Positions 54,001 through 64,000 of a DNA stretch of 64,000 nt are shown one piece after another; the first letter of the stretch is position 1; each line of letters starts with the position of its first letter. Source of the stretch: Mytilus californianus. Lineage: Eukaryota. Made by a program: the position numbers and the translations under genes. The stretch covers positions 18,910,001-18,974,000 of the forward strand of contig NW_026262582.1 in assembly GCF_021869535.1 (NCBI RefSeq). Direction: 5' to 3'. The notes beneath the pieces are model-generated. The model did not search any database. It saw nothing but the letters and a program-made list of their open reading frames with translations, and was not told the origin of the DNA.

Positions 54001-56650
54001 TACATCCACTTTATTTGAACTTTGGTGGATAGTTGTCTCATTGGCCATCATACCTCATCTCCTTATTTATATTTTGAAGTTTTGAAGCATTTATATTACA
54101 AGACTATGAGAATGATTCCAATATTTTTAAATGTTTGTAAATTGATACTGGTCGGTTTTAAGTTTAAGAACTAACACATAAGGAATATGATACCTTAGTC
54201 ATTGTCATTCACTGAAGGAAATGAGATGTTCATATTGAAACAAAATTATTCCTCTGCGCAGGTGCTAAATACAACATGCATTTGAAGCAACATTTCATCA
54301 TTATTTGACATACATTGGGGTGTAAAGTACTAATTAGTTTTTTTGTGCTGTGTTTACACAAAATATTTGACACAGATGGCAATGCAAACGCTTCTAAGAA
54401 TTGATAAAAAATCCAAAAAAAAAAGAAATCAGACTGTACATAATGGCATATAAAATAAACAGATTATTATTTGAATTTAGAATGTGTATGTTATGATGAT
54501 TTACACAAACATACAAAACAATTGAATTTTACTTTAAGGAACGTTGTCATTGCCAACTGCGTCACATATTTTGTATGAAATATAGCGTACAATCTTATTA
54601 GTACTTTCGACACAAATTCACGTCAGAAAATGTTGAAACTAACTTTGAAAATCAATTATATTTTGGGCTGTACATACATTCATTATGTGACGCAGATGAC
54701 AATGCAAAAGCTTCTCAAAGTTGATAAGACTAGGAAATATATATCTGACAGCTAATTTATCCTTCTCAAAATACATAAGATTGCTTGCAATATAATCGTA
54801 TATTTTTTTTAATTTTTAATGATGGTATATACAATTACCAAAATATTATTTGAAATTAGATTGTGCATTTTACATTAATTTACACACAATTCACATCAAA
54901 CTTTTGAATCTACCTTTGAAAGAAAAATGCAAAAACTAAATTCAAACAATATTCTGGTAATTATATTTATCATTAATCGAAAGCCAAAAATATACGATTC
55001 TATCGGTACTCAACATCTAAAACAAAAACAAATGTATATCATTTTGCATCTTGTTTTGCTCTATAAATGAAGTGTTTTCAACGAATAATTCAAAGTCTAT
55101 TGACTATGTTAGTTATTTAAAATGGAAGTCATGGATACAAACTGATTCACTTTGGCCTACTTCACACAATATCTATAGTATAGAAATTTTGCCTTGAACA
55201 ATATTAGACATGTTTGTCGATCTTTGAAATTGTTTAGTGTATGAAAGCTGATATTTGATTCAGCTACATCATTTTAAGACCAAATAACTGTCTATATGAC
55301 ATAAAACATATATAAAAGAACACTGGCTATGGTAATGAAATTGTTAAAAACACAATTGGGATATTGGTTAATTTAGCGACGGAAATTATAAAAACTATCT
55401 TTCAAAGCTCTTTGCAGGCAATTCCAAACATCGTTAACATTTCTTACGACTGAAAATGTCAATTGTTCCGTTGATGCTTTTAATTTCTATATCAGACAAA
55501 TCTTTTATAAACCATTGTTACAAGATTTAATGGATGCTTTTAAATATCTAGTATAAACGGTTACTCTATGTTTTGAGACCATTAATTAAAATTGGATATT
55601 CTAATTTATAAAATCTGATTGCTTGAATTCTGTATTTTTGTTATTTTCTTTTTTGAAAGCCAATTATATTTTGTGCTGTAAATAAATATATCATGTGACA
55701 CTTCTCAAAGTTGACATGAATTATCATTGATATGGTCATAATTATAAATTTACAACCTTTGAATTTTTTGAAATACTAAGGCTTTTCTACCTCAGGAAAT
55801 GATTACCTTAGCTGTATTTGGCAAAACTTTTAGGAATTTTTGATCCTCAATGCTCTTCAACTTCGTACTTTGTTTGGCTTTTTTAACTTTTTTTTATTCG
55901 AGCGTCACTGATGAGTCTTTAGTAAACGAAACGCGAGTCTGGCGCAAACACAACATTTCAATCCTGGTATTGTGAGAAGTTTATTGATAAAGAATATGAA
56001 GAAGATATATGACACATCATTTTTCCCATATAAAAACACATTTAATTACTTTTTATAGAATCGTATGTTTTTTCTGCTTTCAAAAGATGATATATAAAAA
56101 TACCAGAATGTTATTTGAATTTACATTGTGCATTTTATAGTAATTTACACTCTTTATACACAAATCTACGTCAGATAATGCGGAAGATCCCTTCGAAAGT
56201 AAAATGCATAATCTTAATTCAAATAATATTCTGGTAATTTCATGAAGTTGCTGTACTCAACTTTTAATTTATTTTTTTTTTTTTGCATCTCTTTAAATGA
56301 ATTCTTATGAATGAATAATTTATAGTCTGTTGACTATGTTAATTATTTGATTCCCATTAAATTGGAGGTCATAGATACCACTGGTTTAGTTGGGCCTACT
56401 TCATCTAATCACTTTAATATAGAAATATTGCCTTGAACAATACTACCGATTTTTGTCGACCGTTTAGATTGTGCAGTGTATTAAAGCTGATATTCAATCC
56501 ATCTGCATCATTTAAAGACTAAATTACAGTCTGGATGGAATCAAAAATAAAACATAATAACACACTTATGTTGGTAGTGCAATTGGGATATCGGTTAATT
56601 TAGCGATGGAAATTATATAGACATGTAATTATCCCATGTTCTATACAAGC
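51100..56650 (+). pseudogene. Local tandem family III (about 1.9-2.3 kb period) with faint LRR traces
   Basis: 51440-52500 collinear with 53250-54760; 54820-55400 collinear with 56080-56620. LRR-like TLISDKSFKD (53179), ISDKSFIN (~55488), DAFKYL (55533), KMQKLNSNNIL/KMHNLNSNNIL. The duplication is certain; the LRR origin is tentative. Confidence 0.4.
55735..55985. mobile_element. Interspersed repeat (cgagcgtcactgatgagtc..acgcgcgtctggcg family)
   Basis: Related pieces at 1575-1640, 2520-2720, 7750-7820, 8470-8570, 9585-9842 and 15340-15440. Confidence 0.7.
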
Positions 56651-57569
56651 AATTGTAATTAAAATCGTCTCGTTTGTCATATTTTCTGGAACTGAGATGA
56701 CCGCGTCTGTCAAATTTGAGGTATACGTCTTAAAATGAAGCGGAGAACGCTGTGTCTGTTTTTTCTTTAATTTCTAGTTTTCAAGAATATATTAATTAGA
56801 ACCCAATCAGAAAAATGTGAATTCTTAATGGAAAGAACAGCTTCAATATACCGTATATCGTTTTTTTTTTTCGCGCGTGTTGAATTTTCGCTTTGTTTGC
56901 GGCAGCTTATAAAACGCGAAAATTTGTTCCCGAGTAAATTTTCCTGAATATTCTAAGATTTTTCGCTGTTGAAATATTTTATAAACTATACTGTTAATCG
57001 TATACACACAACATTATTACATAGGCTCTTTTCGTTTAATAGGCGAAATAACATACGCAAAAAATCAGCCTTTTATCTTAATCAATTGGTCACAAAAATG
57101 TGCATATTTAATTAAAAATTCAGTTTTTATAACAATTAAATTAATGTTAATTATCTTCAATCCTGATTATTGTCAAAACTTAAGCATTTAGCACATAATG
57201 TATAATGCATAAAAATAAATAATTTGTACACGGATGTTTTGCTCTCTAATACCATCATTAAAGGGAAATCACACTATTGTTTATACGCATCGGTCTCGGC
57301 GCCGCTATAGTGTCGTGACCGTATTATGACGTCGCCGTTTAGTGTCCGTCGTAAAGGTTGCTAATTTCTGAAATGGCGGCCCGCTCAAAGGGACGTTCAC
57401 TAAAGCAAGAGAAAGCAAATGACGTTTTGATTTAAGTGCAAAAAATGAAAATGCTACTCGAAACGGACAAAATGTATGGCTAACAAATAGCCGAAAGTGG
57501 TCTTGATGTGGTCTTAAATTACCTTACGATTGGGTTTAATTCAAATAAGTTACTCTCTTTAAATAAAGA

Positions 57570-57600
<31 letters not shown>

Positions 57601-57734
57601 ATTGAGTTAGTATTTACATACAATACCATTTATACAATTATTTTTCTTAAAGGTTTATTAATTTCACCGAAAAATATTGTTAGATATGAGAAATATCAAC
57701 ATTTTTTGTTGATCTGGTCTTTATTATTTGTAGC

Positions 57735-58150
57735 GAAATCCGTCAGCTCAACTTTTTTTTGTAGAAAAACTTTTTTTATTTACTGTAAAGTTAATATTTT
57801 CTTATATTAACATATTTATTGATCTCGCAGATTTCTTAGTTTCACGAAGAAAAAAAATATTTAAAAACAAAAGAGATATTTATAACACTTTTTGTCGATC
57901 ATTTCAGTATAATCAAAGCGTACATCGGCGAATGTGAAATCCGTCCGGTCAACTTTTTTTTTTAGAAAAACATTTTGTTTTACAATGAAGTTTAAATTTT
58001 CATATAAGATAACTATTAATCTCGCAGATTTCCTAGTTGTATGAAAAAATATTGTAAAACAAAAGAGATATTACTAGTAACACTTTTTGTCGATCAGTTC
58101 AATATTGTAAAGCGTACATCAGTGAGTGTGAAATCCGTCCGGTCAACTTT
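57735..58150. repeat. Tandem repeat of about 195 bp, 2-3 copies
   Basis: gaaatccgtc..tcaactttttttt at ~57735, ~57936 and ~58129. Confidence 0.8.
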
Positions 58151-58465
58151 TTTTTGTTAAATATTCTTAAAATATAGTCTAATATTTCTAAGGTCTTCAA
58201 ATATTAAAATAATCTATCAAATAACAAAAAAGTTCTGACTATTTATATCTCATCCGGTCAATACGGGCAATTGTCCTGTCATTAGTGTAACCCAACTGTT
58301 GGCAGCGTATCGTTGCGATACGGTATGTGGGAATATACTGGAAAAAGTAACAATATACCAAGAGTAACAGCATGTAAGCGTACAGCTTCCGGAATTTCTA
58401 GTTTTCTGTCCAACAGAGGGATGTAAATAAAAACAATGAGTTTCGATGTTCCTTTGGTGTCAAAC

Positions 58466-58467
<2 letters not shown>

Positions 58468-58542
<75 letters not shown>
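58468..58542. repeat. (CT)n microsatellite
   Basis: Direct; source of the ERERER ORFs. Confidence 0.98.
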
Positions 58543-58547
<5 letters not shown>

Positions 58548-59828
58548 CTTTTTTTTTTTTGGGAAGGGGGTATGGTGATACAAACACATGAACACGAGTG
58601 ATTCGTAGAGTAATCATATTTGTTGAAATATCAAACGTTATATAAGAATAACGCCAGTTAAACATCACTGTAAAAGAAGAATACAAAATTTTACATCGGT
58701 TGCTGTCTGTCGAAATCAAAGAAAATTTAGCACCGTATTATATAGTACATTATACTCAATCTTCCTTTAATGCTTTGTACAGGCTTACATAATTTGGGCA
58801 AAAAAAAAATCATATTTTGTAGTATTTCTTCAAACTGTCAATTATAGCGAACTGTACGACCAGCAAGTTAAAAAATAAGGCCGCTAGAAGTCAGAGCAAT
58901 CTGGGAATATCAAACACTATGCCTAGTTATTTTTGTACTATTGATGACCGTACTGCCTACAACAACAACAAAAAATCCACACTATATATTTGGCTTTACA
59001 AGACTCCAACAAGAGAAATATTTAACACACACACACATGTATTTATGTAGAGTAACATGTCTTTCAGAGTGCTAATCTGTAACCATCACATTAAGGTCCG
59101 TCTTGTGAAAGAGTATTCATCTCATATAGAAACAAATTTTGTGCTGATATTCATGTAATATTTGCCACTGAAAGTTTTGCAAAAATCAAGAAAAAAACGA
59201 AAAAAAAAAAAAAAACAAAAACTAGTAGTTCAGATGTAGGTTCGTGTTCAGATCACTCAATGTGATCACTTGCATGTCAACAAACAGTGATATAGGGAGA
59301 TTGTCAGATTCCGATCATGACTGTAAAGGACAACCATTTGTTTAATACAAAGGTAGCTGATTTACTCTTGATACCTTGGTTCTTTAAAAAAAAAATGGCC
59401 AACATGATATAGCAGAGTGCTGAAAGTGGCACACACAATCAATCAGTTAATTTCAAATTACCTATCATTAATCAGTTTTGGCAAAAAATAAGTATATAGG
59501 CTATACCATACTGAAACATAAATGTGATAAAAGAATATACAATTCAAGAAAGAGAGGTGCACCAACAGAAAATAGAAACTGCAATCTTTCTTTTAATTTC
59601 ATCGGATCTCAGATCTCAAAATTTTAACTCTTACCAGAATTTATTCTATCTTACAGTATAACTCGGAAGTTTCTAAGTGGAACTCGAGCTTTAACTAGAA
59701 CTCTTACTCGAATTAACATTCGAACTAAAAATAAAACTGGAACTTTAACTCTAAATTTAGCTGGAACTCGAACTCTCATTCTACATCAAAGGTTATCCAC
59801 ACTCTGATTTGTCATCTGATAAAAAAAA

Positions 59829-60680
59829 TTCGTAAGGGTTCCACGGAACCCACTGTCTCGCCTACTTTTGCTGTTAATCGCAGGCTCAACAAAAATGAGG
59901 AAAAAAATCAATAAAAATATTCCTCTCGATACTATCTTTTGATTGTAAGAAGCTTCTGTCCAAGTTTGGTATAAATCTAGGATAGTTTATGGATATAATA
60001 AATGTTTTTAACTGCATACTGTATGTAATGTTAACTGGAAGAACAACTAAGTCCATTTATAAGTAAAATTCGGATACACAGGTACAAAATTTCCTTCGAG
60101 ATACAAGCATTTGATCATAAACAAGCTTCTGTCCAAGTTTGGTACATATCCAGGATAGTTTAAGAAAGTTATTGAAATCTTAAAAACTTTAACCACGGAG
60201 TGAATGTATTGTTTCCTGGCAGAAAAACTAAGTCAATTTATAAGTAAAATCGGAAAAAAATAGATTTTTTTTTTTACAAAATTTACTTCTGGATACTATC
60301 TTATGATCATAAACAAGCTTCTGACCAAGATTGGTACAAATCCAGGATAGGTTAAGAAAGTTATTAAAAATTTAAAAACTCTAACCACAGAGTAAATGTA
60401 TTGTTTCCTGGCAGAAAATCTAAGTCCATTTATAAGTCAAATATGGAAAAACAGGAATTTTTTTTTTGCAAAATTTACTTCTGGATACTATCTTATGATC
60501 ATATACAAGCTTCTGTCCAAGTTTGGTAGAAATCCAGGATAGTTTAAGAAAGTTATTAAAACTTCAAAAACTTTAACCACAGAGTGAATATTTGTGGACG
60601 CCGCCGACGCCGCCGCCGACGACGGAATGTTGGATCGCTATGTCTCGCTTTTTCGACTAAAGTCGAAGGCTCGACAAAAA
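59829..60680 (+). mobile_element. HINE/pearl-like non-autonomous element with tandem core
   Basis: 5' hairpin gggttcc-ac-ggaaccc plus subTIR tgtctcgc. Four cores (aagcttctgtccaagtttggta at ~59949, 60124, 60314, 60506). GACGCC microsatellite. 3' tgtctcgc, stem-loop ttcgact-aa-agtcgaa, ggctcgaca. Confidence 0.8.
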
Positions 60681-62324
60681 ACTAGAGTTAGATAAACTAT
60701 ATCGACATGTCCACAGAAACACGGATAGATGTAGCAGAACAAGAAAAAAAAACTAGATCCGTTTATTACAAATTAAAAGATTTTTTTAATTACATATCAA
60801 CTGGGAACATTATATGTTCCTGATATCAATATGGCGATGTGTATTTTATTGTCAATTAACTCTAAATTATCAGATGCATTGTATTTCTCATAACATACCA
60901 ACGTTGAGCGATTAATCGAACGGTAATAGAATATACATAATACATAAAGTTTTAATACACAGGCGATGAACATTGAACATATTATGTACAATGAACATGA
61001 AACGATGTATGAAAAATAGGTGCGGGATGATAGAACTCAGAAAAAAATTTGGTTTCCACAGTTCGAATAAATTATGAAGCGTTGTGTAATTACGGAACCA
61101 ATTTTAAATTCCTACCGAAAATAGGTTTCTTTTAACATGCTGAGTTTGTGGCATTTTTAACACGGCATTTCAGGTTTTATCTTCCCTGTGCGAATGGACA
61201 AGCTAGTGAAATTATGGTAACGAAATTATTCTGCCTGCAGTCTAAAAGGAACGTGTTACTTTTCTGCCCGGATACCCTCAGTCTTCCGAGGTAGAAGATT
61301 CTTTATCTGGAAGCCGAAAATGACTTCTATAATACGGCATGAGGCAAACATTCGTTTTCCCCATACAACAAATGCAATTAAAAAAATGAGATGACTTCAA
61401 CTTTGACAATTACTTTATAATAAACTGTTATTGTATCTATGTTTAACGATTCGATAGATTGATAAAGATATCAATGAATAATCAAAATATCTTAAAAAAT
61501 GTTCAAAAATGATATTATATTTTGTAGTGAAAAGGTTTAATTCAACCCAAGCGTTGCAAGAAATGCTGTTATGACAGCAACGTCGTTCTATAACGTTAAA
61601 AGGTTATAGTTCCCGCCAAAATTCAATAATAAAGATTATTTCCGTTTTAGCGGATTTAAAACATCGGTGACCCCCCTTTTTTATTTATGCTTTTAAAATC
61701 TTCCCTGAAGCTGCAACTTTTGCAGAAGTTTGAAGGGAAAAACATTAGTAGATTTTTTTTATTTCAAGAAAAATCTATTATAAATAGCAATTAAAAATGG
61801 CGGGAAATGTTCAAATGACTTCAAAAATAAGGAAACCGAGACAAATAAATGTTCATAAGGTACAAGTTACATTTGACTGTTTTTGTTATTCCAGTTAAAC
61901 ATGTTTTTTTCAATAAGTTTGACTTTTTTAACAATTTAGAGCGGTATTTCTATATTTCGTTATAACGCGATTCTTTAAGTTTTGATGACGTCATATCTCG
62001 AAAACAACATCGGTGACCCCAATCTTTTTTTCGCCTAAAATATCTTAATAAGTATGATCTGTCTACATGCAAAATTTCAATGAATTATCATTAGTAGTAT
62101 AAATAGTGTGATTTCCCTTTAAAAAAATAAAAGCCTCAAACGAATGCTCTTCGTGAAATGCGTATTTTAGTTTGTAGTACTCAAATGCATTTGTTATCGA
62201 CTCTCAGTCAGTCAATCATGTTTATTTTGTTAACATCTTAGTCCACTATGATGATATACTTTGAAAACTTAACTTGTCAAAGTTGTCATCAAATCGCGAA
62301 AAAAGCCGACGCAAAAAAAAAAAC

Positions 62325-64000
62325 CCCGATATACGGTATATGAATGTAAAATTAAATGATTTGATTTTCTTGTTTTTGACAATTTTCTTAAAGGAACTCC
62401 GACTTGTATGAATATAAGAAAAGGTCGGCAAGGAGATGTGCACAGTTCGTTCGCATAGGAATGCTGAACATTTGTTGAACAAGTTTACCTCAAAATTCAA
62501 CAAGTATGTGGTCAAGACGACACTCCAGCATACTGATCACTTGTTCTTTGGTGTAGCAAGTTTTACTTTTTTGTTCACTATTAACAACATATCCAGTATG
62601 GCATCCTTTAGCAATAAATCTTTAGCGTATGCTTCCATTTTTAAATTGAAAAGCATTATGGATTATTTCTTTTGAAAGATTTTTCATTTTCACGTGGATA
62701 ATGGTAGTAGAAAGGGTTGAAAAATCAAAGGTTTTGGTGGAATTAATTTCAGAGATAGATCAAGATTTCAAACTATCCAGAAATTCTTAAGTTTTGAGAA
62801 TTCACATATGGGTAATACTACTACGTGAGTAAACAGTTTCATAGTATTTCTATCAATGCGGTCAGAATTTTTGTCAATGTAATGGACAACTCCTTTGTAG
62901 AACATTCAAATGAGTCGGCAATGTACTGTTGTTTGTACGGAATGTGGTGAATCTCATGTATCAAATGCAAACAAAGTATGTCCTCAGATTTGCTGTTCAA
63001 TGTAATGGTAATTGAAGCCATGAAGGACTTCTGATTCGCCAAAGTCCCATTCTTGTCAAATGATGTTTTTGTATGTGGGATTAACTGACTGCTAATTTAT
63101 TCCTAATTCTTATACAAGACACTCTTAGTAGTAAGATTTACATATAAAAACAATATTATTTGAAGCTTTGTCCGCAGGAAAAGCAACATATTTATTGTGA
63201 ATAGATGATAGGCATTTCACAGCTTCTTTGTCTCTGAATACGGATTTTGGTCGATCATTCACACAGTTTTCCGACTTTTGGGTTCGACGTTTAATCAGAA
63301 ACCTGATTGCTTTGACTCTTTCCGACAAAGCGTCCATTTCAACTTTTTCTCGTTTAGCCCATGCTCTGGCGTCGTCTTCAAAATAATCAATAATTATTTT
63401 GCTGTTATGTTTCCAATTGATGTGTTGGGGCTCTCTGAACTTAAGACGATAAGATATTACCTTTCGAAGATGTTCATGTTGAATTATGTTTAGATACCAA
63501 GTAGTCACATGTGCAGAAAGCTGTAAATATGATGCGATACAATTGAAACAGACTAAAAACAAAGTGGAATTTTCGATGTTACCTCCTTTTGATGAAAAAC
63601 GTTGCTGATGTTGTTAGCATCGATTCCTTTATTAGAAAACTGAACCTAGCGGATGGTAAAAATTAGCAAAGAAAGTCATCAAAGCTCCCGGAGAGCGATC
63701 TAGATTTTGAAGACATTTTTACATTGGGCCGATGGTAATGTTTTGTTCCTGACTACGCTGGGGTTCCAAGTTAGTATTAAGTAAGCTCATTACATTTAAA
63801 TCACTTCATGCTGGACATGATAAATTTCCTTTTTCTTTGATGTTATCATTAAAAGCATATGGCATTGCACTACCTAGTTCCCTCATCAATAAATTTTCTC
63901 TGTCTTTTTGGAAACGATTACATAGTATAGGGCTATTGTGTGGTGATAAATTTTCTCGATGACTAGTACTTTCATAGTTAAAGAAAAAACATGATCCGGT
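62325..64000 (-). mobile_element. Degenerate Penelope-like retroelement RT region, running off the right edge
   Basis: GIDANNISN, KFREPQHINW, WAKREK, KYVAFPADKASNNIVFICKSYY (ORF 63125..63562), PYKQQYIA..CSTKELS..LTKIL, TFDFSTL, IPMRTNCAHLLADLFLYSY, SFNFTF; ends at the YxDD position. Confidence 0.9.

Larger units (their letters stand above)
57262..62118. mobile_element. Non-autonomous TTAA-targeting DNA transposon, Kolobok-like
   Basis: TTAA(57258-61)|agggaaatcacactatt ... aatagtgtgatttccct|TTAA(62119-22); perfect 17 bp TIR. RR..YY termini fit Kolobok rather than piggyBac (CCC..GGG). Subterminal repeats aacatcggtgacccc at ~61660 and ~62005. Confidence 0.8.

Noticed and set aside
57508-57810. 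100 aa ORF with poly-Ile
   Set aside because: (ATT)n microsatellite inside the Kolobok-like element.
58282-58719. 145 aa and 65 aa ORFs with ERERER runs
   Set aside because: Translation of the (CT)n microsatellite.
61100-61400. Possible KolX-like remnant on the minus strand (VWGKRMFASC)
   Set aside because: Only a few residues fit and the frame is inconsistent; needs an HMM search.
57262-62118. piggyBac assignment based on TTAA TSD
   Set aside because: Termini are AGGG..CCCT, the reverse of piggyBac CCC..GGG.

Overview
AT-rich eukaryotic DNA, most likely a Mytilus-type bivalve (inferred from recognisable high-copy repeats and Penelope-like RT remnants). I found no intact protein-coding gene, RNA gene or CRISPR array; the ORF-track entries are nearly all chance ORFs, repeat read-throughs or pseudogene scraps. 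The main hidden structure is 1-31.3 kb: a tandem array of about 4.5 diverged 6-7.5 kb units. Manual translation across stops and frameshifts gives + strand relics of leucine-rich-repeat receptors: two TLR-like types (LRR, LRRCT, TM, TIR-like) and a third type with LRRs and several hydrophobic segments. Two more locally multiplied families follow (37.3-50.8 kb, two copies carrying the same truncated Tc1 transposase; 51.1-56.7 kb, faint LRR traces). Mobile DNA includes a 4.86 kb TTAA-flanked Kolobok-like element with nested repeats, two Helentron/HINE-type elements, a TA-flanked MITE, an Academ-like transposase scrap and Penelope-like RT fragments. There is one 147-N assembly gap. All alignments and translations were done by eye, so boundaries are approximate and family assignments need HMM or Repbase confirmation.
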